A program made the position numbers and the translations under genes. Under the pieces are notes generated by a model. The model was not told the DNA's origin, made no database searches, and saw nothing but the letters and a program-made list of their open reading frames with translations. Shown here one piece after another: positions 31,922 to 42,493 of a DNA stretch of 64,000 nt. Origin of the DNA: Sedimentisphaerales bacterium. Lineage in GTDB: Bacteria; Planctomycetota; Phycisphaerae; Sedimentisphaerales; SM23-30. The stretch spans positions 1-64,000 of the forward strand of contig CAXXFK010000026.1 in assembly GCA_963663965.2 (NCBI GenBank), written 5' to 3'. Each line of letters begins with the position of its first letter. The stretch's first letter is position 1.

Positions 31922-33036
31922 TAGCGCCTGCGTTGTATATTCATGTGCCGTTTTGTGTTGCCAAATGCCCATATTGCGCGTTTTATTCTGTGCCTTATTC
32001 TGAAGATTTATTTGAATCTTATTTTCAGGCACTCACCCTGGAAATGGAACAGAGGCGAACCTGTTTTCCGGCACGCACAGTTTATATCGGAGGCGGCAGT
32101 CCCAGTTGTCTGGCCAACAGCGCTCTGAAACAATTGCTGGAAATGATTGTTCGGGTTGCTGGTTCTGGTGAAGAGTTCTCGGTAGAGGTTAATCCTGGTC
32201 AGGTTAATGTGGAGCAATTGAACCTATTGTGCGAGGCCGGGATTAATCGCCTGTCCATCGGGGTTCAGGCTTTTGATGACAAATGGTTGAGTTGTCTGGG
32301 GCGGCCCTATTCGGTAACAGCCATTTATGATACTATCAAGATGGCGCGAGCGGCAGGACTTATTAATCTCAGTGTCGATTTGATTTTCGCGCTTCCCGGA
32401 ATGGGGCTTACAGACTGGAAAAAACAACTGGATCAGGCTATAGCTTTGGATATACCGCACATGTCCGCTTACAGTTTGACCTGGGAAGAACAGACTCCTT
32501 TTAAACAATGGGCCCAAGAGGGGCTTTTACATCCGGTGAGCGAAACAGAAGATCAGTTGATGTACGAGTGGACGATAGACCGGCTAGAAGCCGCCGGCAT
32601 CCATCAATATGAAATTTCCAATTTTGCCAGGCCCGGTTATGAATGCCGGCATAACCTGGTATACTGGCATAACGATCCCTGGATCGGTGTTGGGCCGGCG
32701 GCCGGCTCGTGGTATGGTGGACAACGTAGCATGAATCATAGCGATTTGCAGCATTATATCAACGCAGTAATGGCCGGAAATAATCCTGTCGATGAGATTA
32801 TAACGCCAAACACCGAAGAACAGGCACGTGAAACAGCTGTTTTAATGTTGAGATTGACAGATGGATTGCGATATAAAACCTTTTATGGGCAAACAGGGTT
32901 TAAGGCCAATGAACTTTTTGCCGGACAAATTTCAACATTAACCGAAAAGGGGTTGCTGGACGCAGATGAACAGGGTTTTCGCCTGGCGCGCCATGCCCGA
33001 GTGATTGCCGATTCGGTTCTATGTGAGTTTGTCTAA
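31906..33036 (+). CDS. hemW: Radical SAM heme chaperone HemW (HemN-like)
   Basis: LYIHVPFCVAKCPYCAF, YIGGGSPS, YEISNFA, HNLVYW. Confidence 0.88.
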   Translation: MAGTLIAPALYIHVPFCVAKCPYCAFYSVPYSEDLFESYFQALTLEMEQRRTCFPARTVYIGGGSPSCLANSALKQLLEMIVRVAGSGEEFSVEVNPGQVNVEQLNLLCEAGINRLSIGVQAFDDKWLSCLGRPYSVTAIYDTIKMARAAGLINLSVDLIFALPGMGLTDWKKQLDQAIALDIPHMSAYSLTWEEQTPFKQWAQEGLLHPVSETEDQLMYEWTIDRLEAAGIHQYEISNFARPGYECRHNLVYWHNDPWIGVGPAAGSWYGGQRSMNHSDLQHYINAVMAGNNPVDEIITPNTEEQARETAVLMLRLTDGLRYKTFYGQTGFKANELFAGQISTLTEKGLLDADEQGFRLARHARVIADSVLCEFV

Positions 33037-33044
33037 GATGGTTT

Positions 33045-34493
33045 TCAAGTGGTTATCTTCTGCAATCGAATGTTTCTGAAGCTGACAACCGATTTTTCAT
33101 CGTGATTTTGAAATCCGATGTAGCCAATGCCGGTTCGATCTAATTGGGTATCGACAATCTGCTTGTGATTCATCTCAACGATGATCCGCGAGCCTTGAGC
33201 AATGATCGTCACGGTATTCCAATGGCCGGGGGCCCGGGCGGCGTTTTCCTGAGGAGCAATGACGTCATAAATTGCACCGGGAGTGCCATGTTTATTGGGG
33301 GTGGGATTCTGGCTGGAGGTGATTTGCATTTCGTAACCGGTAAAAGCGGGATTCTTTTCCAGTTGTGAACGGAACATGACGCCACTATTGCCGCCCTGAT
33401 TGATCTGGTATTGGAATTCCAGGCGAAAATCCTGAACCGGTTGATGGTAATGGATCCAGGAACCGCTCACTTCAGGGTTTGTTGACCAGTTCTGCCCGTT
33501 TCGTCCGGTTAATACACCATTTTCCACGGTCCATTCGCCACCTTCAATGGAGATCCAGCCATCCAGGCTCTTACCCAGAATGACAGGCGTCTGGATCCAT
33601 TGTTCACGAATTTCTTCGAGCAGGGCTTTGGTGAGTTTGATCGCTTCCATTTCACTGATGCCTTCGGTGGCTGCGGATTCGATGCCTACGTATTGGTTCC
33701 ACCCCGCGTCCCGGATAATCCGCATCATCTTATGATAGTCCACGGTCAGGCATTGCCCCTGTTTGTTGAATGCGGCTTTGGCACTGACCCCTCTGGCATA
33801 AGGCATCAGTTGTTCAACACCAAGGTAGGGGTTGTATTCGCCAAAATTACCGAAATCAGGCAGAGTGCCAACATTAGGCAAGCCAACCTGTTTCATGATT
33901 TCCGTAAGCCATGATGGATCTGAAGAAAGACCGCCGTGATTTTCAACGATTACATTCAATCCGAAAGATTGCGCTTTCTGACATAATATGCTTAATCCAT
34001 CAGTAACCAGTTTAAGCTGCTCTTCCCGGCTCCCTTGAGAATAGGCATTTACCCTGATGGAATGGCATCCCAGGTATTTCGCCGCTTCCAGCCATTTGAT
34101 ATGATTATCCACAGTTTGATTTCTGTTTTTTTCAACCGGATGTCCTAAATCGCCTTCGCTATCACACATGATCAGTAATGACCGGCAACCGAAACCATCC
34201 GCCCGCTTCTTCAGCTCTTTCAGGTAATTTGAGTCCCGGGCTTTATCCTTGAAAAATTGATTGACATATTCCAAGCCGTGTATGCCAAGTTTGTTCGCAA
34301 TACTGGCAAAGTCCAGGGGATCCAGTTGAGGTTTGACGGTGCCGAAAAATCCTTTATTTAAGGACCATTGAGCCAGAGAAATTTTGAATGGTAATTTTGG
34401 TGATTCTGATTCCACAGCCAAGGATAAATGTGGTGTTAACAGGCTTCCGGCCGTTACGCCCAGACCCAATTTTAGAAAAGAACGGCGATCCAT
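33045..34493 (-). CDS. Tat-exported sugar-phosphate isomerase/epimerase (AP_endonuc_2 TIM barrel) fused to DUF1080 (3-keto-glycoside-acting domain)
   Basis: MDRRSFLK Tat motif; ISLAQWSL, ENHGG, LPDFGNF, VSAK, GIE; then W.V.NG, NSGV.FR, GYEMQI, GAIY, WN, G.IGFQNH, FRNIR. Confidence 0.85.
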   Translation of the reverse strand: MDRRSFLKLGLGVTAGSLLTPHLSLAVESESPKLPFKISLAQWSLNKGFFGTVKPQLDPLDFASIANKLGIHGLEYVNQFFKDKARDSNYLKELKKRADGFGCRSLLIMCDSEGDLGHPVEKNRNQTVDNHIKWLEAAKYLGCHSIRVNAYSQGSREEQLKLVTDGLSILCQKAQSFGLNVIVENHGGLSSDPSWLTEIMKQVGLPNVGTLPDFGNFGEYNPYLGVEQLMPYARGVSAKAAFNKQGQCLTVDYHKMMRIIRDAGWNQYVGIESAATEGISEMEAIKLTKALLEEIREQWIQTPVILGKSLDGWISIEGGEWTVENGVLTGRNGQNWSTNPEVSGSWIHYHQPVQDFRLEFQYQINQGGNSGVMFRSQLEKNPAFTGYEMQITSSQNPTPNKHGTPGAIYDVIAPQENAARAPGHWNTVTIIAQGSRIIVEMNHKQIVDTQLDRTGIGYIGFQNHDEKSVVSFRNIRLQKITT

Positions 34494-34586
34494 AATCATA
34501 CTCCAGTTGATAGCAAAGAGCACCGTCAGGCACTCCTGGTTTCGAAGGTTAACTTACAAATTAGTTATCAAGTTTCACTTACTAAT

Positions 34587-35018
34587 TTAACGATCGATTT
34601 TTTTCTCAAAGCCGCCGCGTTTAATTCTAATGCTGTATTCTTTGGCTTCTACAGAGAAAGCAGGAACTTGATAATACTCAACCGCATTTTGAGGAATAAT
34701 GATGGATTCCCAGTTGGTTGCGTCTCCCAGGGCCATGTTGTTGGCATCTTTGAATATGGTTTGTACCTGTACGATAACGGATTTACTATGGTTGTTCCTA
34801 ATTTCGGCATAAGCAATCAGGCGGCCATCATCCGTGTATTTTTTAGTCGCGGTATTGACACGAATCCAGCTTTCCAGTTTACTGTCCATTATTGTTACCT
34901 TGTCAGTTTGTTCCAAGGGATATTGGTCCGATTTGGCTTGATAGGGACCTGATTTACAGCCGGATATAACAAAAATCGTACAGATAAGCACAGATAAAGA
35001 TATCATTGTCTTTTTCAT
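34587..35018 (-). CDS. YcfL/DUF1425-like lipoprotein
   Basis: Lipobox ISGC; size and beta-rich pattern; position downstream of lpoB and COG3014-like gene. Confidence 0.6.
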   Translation of the reverse strand: MKKTMISLSVLICTIFVISGCKSGPYQAKSDQYPLEQTDKVTIMDSKLESWIRVNTATKKYTDDGRLIAYAEIRNNHSKSVIVQVQTIFKDANNMALGDATNWESIIIPQNAVEYYQVPAFSVEAKEYSIRIKRGGFEKKIDR

Positions 35019-35054
35019 GGATTTTCCTTTTCAGTTATGTAATGTAATGATTCA

Positions 35055-36614
35055 TTAGTTAGAGGTTACAGGTTGAATTAATTTGCCTGAACGAATCAGA
35101 TAAGTATTTTCACGATTAGCCTGAATATTGACTGAAAAAGTCTGGGAACGGCCGGATAATACCTGGTTATTATTATTTAAATAATCCAGCGTTATAGTTT
35201 GGGGACCATGAGGTAATTGAGCGGAAATAGCATGAATCTCGCCGGGAAGGAACTCCCAATATCGAATATCTGCCTGCGGGGTGGTTACGGCGCTTAGAGC
35301 AGCCAGGGCCAGGCCACTGGCCAGAGCAATATTCCCCGCTTTCTGACCATCAGAATCATAAAGAATATCCGCCGCTGCCAGAGAAGCCATAGCCGCTACT
35401 TTGGTGACATCCTTGAGTATGGCTTTGCCTTTTAAAAAATCATCCATGGAACGGCCACCTCGAGTACTGCACTGGTAGTATAAATCATCCAGTTTGAGAC
35501 TTTCAACGATCTGGCCATCGGGCAGCTGGATGCGACAGACGCGTTCCTGGTAAGAACTCCGGCCGTAGCTAAGCCGGCTACCATATTCTCCGGTGCGATA
35601 TTTATAAGGCCCTTTACCCATTTCAATAATTAATAGCAGGTTATTCTCAGGTTGTGTCATTTTGTCAAGTTTTGCCGCGTACTGTTCATATTCCGATTGG
35701 CGACTGGAAACATCGACACTGCTGAGCATGTCTTTGGCTTTCTGTTCCATTTCAAAAATTAATTTGATCACTTTTTGCCGGTTTGGTTCGATTTTTCGCC
35801 AGGAAGACGGTTCATCGCTTTTTTGAGGATTTTTAGTGTAATACTGGATGGTTGCTTCGGCTGCATCGGCTGCCTGTTGCAAGGTAACTGATGCATCCAG
35901 ATGGATCCAGGCGTTGGCACTGATTTCGCGCAGATACAATTCTTCCGCCAGTTCTACTAAAGAGTCGGTTGATCGGCCCATAGCCAAGGCAGCTTTCTTG
36001 ATAGCCTTCGAAGCTTGTTCAAAAACGACATGGTAACGGAGCAGGTTTTTGGCATCGGTAAAATTCTGACCGGCTTGTTTGGGCTGATTCAGATGAAGCT
36101 GGGATTTCCCAAGCAGATATAAGACCAAACCGGAATCGGCCCGGTAGCGCTCTTCTCTACTGCCGGTGTCGGCTAAAAGGGCGGTTACCAATGATGGACG
36201 CGCCAGATCATAGCGACCTTTCAGATAGTCCAACAGGCCGACATAATAAAATGCCATCATCTGTTCGTAAGGATCGCCCAGATAATCCTTGGATTCTTCG
36301 GTTGTTAAAATGGCTTTAAACTCGCCATCAGGTGCAAAGTTTTCCAATTGCTCGGTGGCTTTTAAAAAAGCATTCTGGGCAGAATCAAATTGTCCGGCAT
36401 ATAAGGCACAAGAGCCGTATCTAAGCAGGTTTAAAGTATATTCCGGCGATTTTGATTTATCGAGGCGGTCATGAAGTTGAGTCATTACCGCCTGGTAATT
36501 CTGGTGGTCAAAATCAGAAATCAAGTAGGGCGCCAGGACGGCATCTTTGGAGGTACAGCCTGTTAAACCTAATCCTGCCAGGGACAGGGCTAATATGATC
36601 GCGATTGTTTTCAT
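35055..36614 (-). CDS. TPR-like lipoprotein (COG3014-like)
   Basis: Lipobox LTGC; Y.G..YE..M..YY, ADIRYWEFLP. Confidence 0.65.
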   Translation of the reverse strand: MKTIAIILALSLAGLGLTGCTSKDAVLAPYLISDFDHQNYQAVMTQLHDRLDKSKSPEYTLNLLRYGSCALYAGQFDSAQNAFLKATEQLENFAPDGEFKAILTTEESKDYLGDPYEQMMAFYYVGLLDYLKGRYDLARPSLVTALLADTGSREERYRADSGLVLYLLGKSQLHLNQPKQAGQNFTDAKNLLRYHVVFEQASKAIKKAALAMGRSTDSLVELAEELYLREISANAWIHLDASVTLQQAADAAEATIQYYTKNPQKSDEPSSWRKIEPNRQKVIKLIFEMEQKAKDMLSSVDVSSRQSEYEQYAAKLDKMTQPENNLLLIIEMGKGPYKYRTGEYGSRLSYGRSSYQERVCRIQLPDGQIVESLKLDDLYYQCSTRGGRSMDDFLKGKAILKDVTKVAAMASLAAADILYDSDGQKAGNIALASGLALAALSAVTTPQADIRYWEFLPGEIHAISAQLPHGPQTITLDYLNNNNQVLSGRSQTFSVNIQANRENTYLIRSGKLIQPVTSN

Positions 36615-36644
36615 AATGAATCGCTCTAGCCAGTCTGGTATGCA

Positions 36645-37247
36645 TTAACGATAAACTACGCCAAATTCGCCCTGTTTCTTGGTTTCGTAACGGCCAGACC
36701 AGACCATTTCGCTGGATTCAGTATCGACCAGGCGGAACATATAAACGATGTAATCATTTTTGCCTTTGTCTGATGATTTAGTAATACTGCGCAGGGTTCC
36801 TGTCAGGAAATAATCAGCCCCTTTAAGTTTTTTGCTTTGTCCGGATTCAAATACACCGGCCTGCTTGGCTTGTTTTTCACTCTGGATATCTGTCAAATCT
36901 TCACGAGCCAGAAAACGTACTTTGCCTCCGGCATTATTGATCAGTTCATCACGAATCATTTCTGTTAAAATGGTCACGTCAATTCGGAAACGGGTGTTAT
37001 TTTCGATATCGGTCAGCGCTATGGTTGGCCGTTTTTCGGCATTGACTATTTCAGGAGTATTAATAATCGCCCGGCTCATTTGCTGGCATATAGAACGGAT
37101 ATCCTGAGAATCCACCCCTGTTCCCCCGAGTTTATCTTCGACATCCGGATCGATATAGGCGGTTTTTTGAGAGCAACCAATTAACTGAAAAAAGAAGCAT
37201 ATCGCCAATATCCCCCATAGTTTATGCTGGTAATTTCGATTTTTCAT
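36645..37247 (-). CDS. lpoB: Penicillin-binding protein activator LpoB-family lipoprotein
   Basis: Lipobox LIGC; D.....QM, I.N.T, GADY.L.G, Y.F.LVD.ES.E.VW; AGGAG RBS. Confidence 0.75.
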   Translation of the reverse strand: MKNRNYQHKLWGILAICFFFQLIGCSQKTAYIDPDVEDKLGGTGVDSQDIRSICQQMSRAIINTPEIVNAEKRPTIALTDIENNTRFRIDVTILTEMIRDELINNAGGKVRFLAREDLTDIQSEKQAKQAGVFESGQSKKLKGADYFLTGTLRSITKSSDKGKNDYIVYMFRLVDTESSEMVWSGRYETKKQGEFGVVYR

Positions 37248-37639
37248 AAAAGACTCCTGTTTCAAGAAGGTTAATAAATAGAATTCTGATAGAAAGTACG
37301 TTAATATCGGTTAGTTATTACTTGAGTATAGACATAATTATCGTATCCGATAGAGTCTGTCAAGATGTAACTATCTTTATGACCTAGAATTATGCATTTT
37401 ACTTTACATAACTTTTGCATTGGCAAATGGGCCTGCCATGTTTTTTGTTTTAAAGAACTTTTATCAATGAAGCCTGGAGCAGGTTAGAAAAGTTGCATAT
37501 TTATCTGTTTTTGTACCCTTCATCAAAAGGGTTTAAATGAAATCTCATACAGTGACGATATAAATCATTGTATTAGCAATATATAATAAATTGTAAGTTT
37601 TAATTTGGAATTAACTGACTTGATTAAAGAGGAAACTAA

Positions 37640-38698
37640 ATGACACAAGATATGGAAAAATTTTTACGTGACATTCTCAACGCTCCCAGCCCATCAGGTT
37701 ATGAACAACCCGCCGCAAAAATCTGGAGAAATCGTGTTAAGGACCATGCTGACCAAATGATTCAAGATGTGCATGGAAATTCCATTGCCATATTGAATCC
37801 CAAAGCCTCCTTCAAGGTTATGTTAGCCGGTCATATTGATGAAATTGGCCTGATGATTACGTATATTGATGATAAAGGTTTTCTTTATGTCGCTCAAGTA
37901 GGGGGGATGGATCCTTCATTATTGATTGGCCAACGAGTCCGGATCGTAACAGCCAAGGGAATCATTCCCGGTGTTATCGGTCGAAAAGCCATCCATTTGA
38001 TGACTCCGGAAGAGCGCAATAAAGCCGTCACGATGGATAATATCTGGGTGGATATCGGTGCCAAAGATAAAAAAGCGGCAGAAAGAATTGTTGCTGTTGG
38101 TGATCCTATGGTTGTCGATGTGGCATTTCAGAAAATCAATGACGATATTTTTGTCGCTCGTGGTTGCGATGATAAGGCCGGAGCATTTGTCGTTGCTGAA
38201 GTGATCCGAGCATTGTCCCATCGAAAACTTAATGTTTGTCTGGCCGGAGTTGCCACAGTTCAGGAAGAAATTGGATTGCGTGGGGCAACGACCTCAGCTT
38301 ATACCGTCAAGCCAGACGTCGGGATTGCGATCGATGTTGGATTCTGTACGGATCACCCTGATTCAGATCCCAAAAAAGTTGGTAAGGTAGATCTAGGCAA
38401 AGGGCCTATATTACATCGAGGGCCTAATATAAATCCAGTATTGGAAAAAGACCTGTTTCGAGTTGCGAAAGCATCGAAAATTCCGTATCAGGTTACTGCA
38501 GAACCGCGCGCCACCGGTACAGACGCCAATGCAATTCAATTATCACGTGGAGGGGCGGCAACCGCTTTACTCAGTCTGCCGAACCGATACATGCATTCAC
38601 CGGTTGAAATGCTGTCTTTGCAGGACTTGAACCATACGATAAAACTGCTGGTCAATTTGATAGCGAAAATGCCTGCGCAAAAAAGTTATCGGCCCTGA
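37640..38698 (+). CDS. M42 family metalloaminopeptidase
   Basis: SPSGYE, AGHIDEIG, DDKAG, VQEEIGLRGA, GTDA, RYMHSPVE. Confidence 0.93.
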   Translation: MTQDMEKFLRDILNAPSPSGYEQPAAKIWRNRVKDHADQMIQDVHGNSIAILNPKASFKVMLAGHIDEIGLMITYIDDKGFLYVAQVGGMDPSLLIGQRVRIVTAKGIIPGVIGRKAIHLMTPEERNKAVTMDNIWVDIGAKDKKAAERIVAVGDPMVVDVAFQKINDDIFVARGCDDKAGAFVVAEVIRALSHRKLNVCLAGVATVQEEIGLRGATTSAYTVKPDVGIAIDVGFCTDHPDSDPKKVGKVDLGKGPILHRGPNINPVLEKDLFRVAKASKIPYQVTAEPRATGTDANAIQLSRGGAATALLSLPNRYMHSPVEMLSLQDLNHTIKLLVNLIAKMPAQKSYRP

Positions 38699-38728
38699 TT
38701 TCGGCTTCAAAATACTAAAAAATACGAT

Positions 38729-38753
38729 AAGTCCGTAAAAATACGGGCTTTTT
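38729..38753 (+). terminator. Intrinsic terminator
   Basis: AAGTCCGTA-AAAA-TACGGGCTTTTT. Confidence 0.7.
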
Positions 38754-38862
38754 GCATCAAAAGCCAATTCAGTGCTTAAGTTGACTGAATTCCCGTCCGA
38801 TTTTCTAATTAGAGTTTGAAAAAGAACTAAACAGATAGTATTTACGGACAAGGAGATAGCCG

Positions 38863-39351
38863 ATGGCTGTTGCGACACTAAAAGAGATCAATCCTTCCCT
38901 GATCAAGGCATTCATGCAATCCGTGCAGAATGTACTTGGAACGATGGTTGGGATTGAATGCCGTATTGGCAAACCCACCCTGAAACATGAGCCCAAGCCC
39001 TCTTATGATGTATCCGGTATAGTTGGTTTTTCCGGGGAAGTGGTTGGATCGGTAGTTATCAGTTTTACGGCAGAAACTGCCGGCAGCTTTGTAGAATCCT
39101 TTACTGGTGAAAAATTGCCTTTAGAATCTCCTGATTTTGCAGATGCGATCGGAGAACTATCCAATATGATTGCTGGTAACGCTAAGAAAGATTTCGGTTT
39201 GAATGCCAGTATCAGTATTCCAAGTGTTATTATCGGGCATGATCATACAATTGCCCGTTTAACTGATGTGCCCTGTGTGATTGTTCCTTGTGAAACTGAT
39301 CTGGGGCTATTTACCGTCGAAATCAACATCAAACAGGTACCTGGTGTCTAA
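38863..39351 (+). CDS. cheX: Chemotaxis phosphatase CheX
   Basis: VSGIVGFSG, DAIGELSNMIAG (E-x-x-N), ISIPSVI.G. Confidence 0.9.
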   Translation: MAVATLKEINPSLIKAFMQSVQNVLGTMVGIECRIGKPTLKHEPKPSYDVSGIVGFSGEVVGSVVISFTAETAGSFVESFTGEKLPLESPDFADAIGELSNMIAGNAKKDFGLNASISIPSVIIGHDHTIARLTDVPCVIVPCETDLGLFTVEINIKQVPGV

Positions 39352-39372
39352 TTAGATAGAAGGGATAGTGAT

Positions 39373-39750
39373 ATGAAAATTTTATTAGTTGACGATTCTC
39401 GTACGATGCGAAATATCTGGAAGAAGGTCGTCTCCCAGTTACCGGATACTGAAGTTGTAGAAGCTGGTGACGGATTGGAAGGACTGGCGGCCGTTAAAGA
39501 TCATGGCCCTTTCGATCTAATGCTAGTCGACTGGAATATGCCGAATATGGATGGTTTATCAATGGTGATGAAAGTTCGCGAAAGTAATAAAAGCAGCTTA
39601 ATCATTATGTGTACTACTGAAGCCGAGAAACCACGAATTATCGAAGCAATCAAAGCCGGTGTAAATAATTATGTCGTTAAGCCATTTACTCCGGAAACTC
39701 TTCTGGAGAAAATTCAGGAGACGATGAAAAAAGCTGCCCAACCAGCTTAA
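39373..39750 (+). CDS. cheY: Single-domain response regulator (CheY-like)
   Basis: LLVDD, DWNMPNMDG, CTTEAEK, YVVKPFT. Confidence 0.85.
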   Translation: MKILLVDDSRTMRNIWKKVVSQLPDTEVVEAGDGLEGLAAVKDHGPFDLMLVDWNMPNMDGLSMVMKVRESNKSSLIIMCTTEAEKPRIIEAIKAGVNNYVVKPFTPETLLEKIQETMKKAAQPA

Positions 39751-39799
39751 AAATAGTTGGCTCAAAGACAATCATTTTATCAGAAAACAATCAGCATAT

Positions 39800-39826
39800 A
39801 AAGCCGACCGTATGTGTCGGCTTTTT
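39800..39826 (+). terminator. Intrinsic terminator after cheY
   Basis: AAAGCCGAC-CGTATGT-GTCGGCTTTTT. Confidence 0.8.
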
Positions 39827-39910
39827 CTGTTGGCTTCTATAGGGATGAACAGATTAACGGGTGATTATTAGTGCTAACATTAGTATACTTTATGATGGTC
39901 TATCAAGAAA

Positions 39911-41137
39911 TCAGGGGCCTAGAATACGTTTTACGGCATCGAGATAAGCCGTGCCATACTCCTTTTCAGGTTCAAGGCAACTGCCTTCGGGCCATTCGTT
40001 CCAGGCATTGATCGTAATGATTTTGGGTTGGGTAGGCAACGCCAGGAGCCGATCCTTAATGATTTGACATGATTCGCCGAACGCTTCAGGGGTATTGTTG
40101 ATTATAACGGGATTTACCACATGAGGGGCCGGACCCTTCCAAGATGCATCCGGATGAGCACGCGGACTGTTATCCCAGTTAATCGTGACATTAGGGTAAT
40201 AAGGGATTGAAAACTTATTCGAAGTGTCATCCCAGAATGCAAGATATTTCTCTCGTCCCCAAAGATAATCCGATACCGGAAAGGTCTGGTAGTTTAAAGA
40301 CCCATGATGAACCCAGGTATAACTGGTCAAACTGTCGAGGCCGAGATCCATACTTAATTGCGGCCAGTCTGGCGGGGTCTGGCCGCCGGGAAGGTTGGGT
40401 CTTCCCCAAAGAATCGAGCTAATATGTAATCCTGGAAAACCGGCTGCAATAGCCCGGGCACGGAATTTATCAAGCGCTGAACGGGCTTTTTCAACGGATT
40501 CAAAGCTTTGAAGGAATAAACTGATTTCGTATATAGAAAAGTATGGTTTTCCATCTATTTTCCAATAGCTGGGATGTTTGAAATAGCGATCAATGACAAG
40601 ATCGGTGATTTTGTCCCATGTTGCCGGTGTGATTTTCCCTGGATAGAGTAGTTTTAAGGGATCGGCAGGATTATAGCCTTGAATATCGTACCAGTCATGG
40701 TTGGCCCACATCAAGGTGAACTTGATACGGTTATTATTGGTCGCTTTCAGATAGCCATTTTCCAGGGCTCGTTCCAGATAGGGGCCATCATTATAGTAAT
40801 ACCAATCAAAGATAAAAACATCTACTCCATGATCGGCGGCAGCATCAATTTTCTTAGACATTACTTTGGGATCTGACTCATCTTCATAACCCCAGACTGG
40901 AATTTTGGGCTGTTTATGGCCTTCGAATCGTGGTTTAGCACGTTTTATTAAGTCCCATTCAGTAAAACCGGGGTATTTCGCCTTGTCCCATCGAGGATCA
41001 GGATGGGTGCAGGGGTAGTAATAGGCTGCTACAGTAATATCATCCCGGGCATTTTCTGCCATCGTTGAACCGGTAAGATTTGCCAGTGCAGCATACGACA
41101 CCGACAGTAGTATAATCATTTTTCCCCAGTTATTCAT
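39911..41137 (-). CDS. Secreted GH99-like / WbsX-domain glycoside hydrolase
   Basis: VAAYYYP, EW..IK.AKPRF.GH.QP, FIFDWYY, MWANH, WDNSPR, INAWNEWPEG. Confidence 0.82.
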   Translation of the reverse strand: MNNWGKMIILLSVSYAALANLTGSTMAENARDDITVAAYYYPCTHPDPRWDKAKYPGFTEWDLIKRAKPRFEGHKQPKIPVWGYEDESDPKVMSKKIDAAADHGVDVFIFDWYYYNDGPYLERALENGYLKATNNNRIKFTLMWANHDWYDIQGYNPADPLKLLYPGKITPATWDKITDLVIDRYFKHPSYWKIDGKPYFSIYEISLFLQSFESVEKARSALDKFRARAIAAGFPGLHISSILWGRPNLPGGQTPPDWPQLSMDLGLDSLTSYTWVHHGSLNYQTFPVSDYLWGREKYLAFWDDTSNKFSIPYYPNVTINWDNSPRAHPDASWKGPAPHVVNPVIINNTPEAFGESCQIIKDRLLALPTQPKIITINAWNEWPEGSCLEPEKEYGTAYLDAVKRILGP

Positions 41138-41168
41138 CGATTCAGGGTTCCTTTCTATACATTTTAAT

Positions 41169-42493
41169 GGTTCTTCCGAAAAATGAGTAGTTAATGTTGC
41201 AAAAAGAGAGACATGACTTTACTGTTTGAGGAAAAAAATAAAACCTCATATTAGGAGCTAAAGTCATGTCCACAAGTATGTTGTATCATACTTTTGGTGT
41301 TCGAGGTGTTCAATACCAAAAGACAGAATATTTTTGCGGGCAAGAGCGTGATTCACGGCATCTTGCCGGCGGATAGTCTGCGTTGCCCTTGTTGTAACTC
41401 CCGTAATTTCATTTACTTCGGTCACAAGGCCCGGAGGTTTGCCATGGTACCCGCCGGTCTGCGTCAAATGGAGTTGCTTGTCACTATTCCCCGATTGAAA
41501 TGTCTGGCGTGCGGGGCCATTCGTCAGCCTCATCTGCCATTTGCCGACCCCAAGAAGCATTACACCCATGCGTTGGAACGGTATGTCATCGATTTATGTC
41601 AGGCGGCTTCCCTGCAAGAGGTGGCCCGACGGACCGGCTTAAGCTGGGATACCATCAAATCGATTCATAAGTCCTGGCTAGGTCGACGGTACCGAAAGAT
41701 TTCCCTGAAAAAGGTTCGTTATCTGGGGATTGACGAATTGTATCTGGGCAGGAAAAGCAAATACATCTCGCTGGTAACCGACCTGGAAAGCGGACAAATC
41801 TTGCATATCGGCCAGGGCAAAGGCCAAGAGGCCCTGGTGGGATTCTGGGGGCGTGTCCGACGCAGCCGGGCGGTGATTGCCGCGGTGGCTACCGATATGG
41901 CCAGTGGTTTTATGACCAGTGTCCTGAAAGAACTGCCGCAAGCCAAACTGGTGCTGGACCATTTTCATCTGGTCAAATGGTTTAACGACAAACTGACCAG
42001 TTTACGCCGGGATTTGTACCGGGAGGCCGATACCATGGGCAAAGCGGTACTTAAAGGCAGCCGCTGGCTGCTGCTCAAAGCGCCGGAGAACCTTAAATCC
42101 CATGCCGATAGCGCCAAAGATGAACGGCACCGGTTGCAGGAGGCTCTGCAACTCAACCAGCCGCTGGCCACCGCCTATTACATGAAAGAACGGCTCCGTC
42201 TCCTTTTTGATGCGATCACGGCTCCGCTGGCTGAACAGGAACTTAAACGCTGGATCAGCCAGGCGCAAACCAGCGGGATTCGGATCCTGCTGGATGCCGC
42301 CAAACAACTGCAACTCTGGAAACCCTTCCTGCTCAATTGGTATGACCATCCCATCAGCACCAGCAAAGTCGAAGTCAATAACCGTAAAATCGGCCTCCTG
42401 CAACGAATGGCTCATGGCTACCGCGATCAGGAATACTTCTATCTCCGGATCCATCATATCCATAACCAAAACTACTCATTAACCGGATGAGCC
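41169..42493 (+). mobile_element. Complete ISL3-family insertion sequence (1325 bp) with 8-bp TSD ATTTTAAT
   Basis: IRL GGTTCTTCCGAAAAATGAGTAGTT vs IRR(rc) GGCTCATCCGGTTAATGAGTAGTT; ATTTTAAT at 41161-41168 and 42494-42501. Confidence 0.93.
41266..42490 (+). CDS. ISL3 transposase (one extra T in run 41331-41335 shifts the N-terminus)
   Basis: MSTSMLYHTFG start with AGGAG RBS; CPCC and C..C zinc finger, GIDE, TDM, DHFHLV, E..N.KI....R.A.GY. Confidence 0.92.

Noticed and set aside
41331..41335. Programmed frameshift in the ISL3 transposase
   Set aside because: ISL3 transposases are single-ORF; one extra T matches the insertion-error pattern, or is an inactivating mutation.
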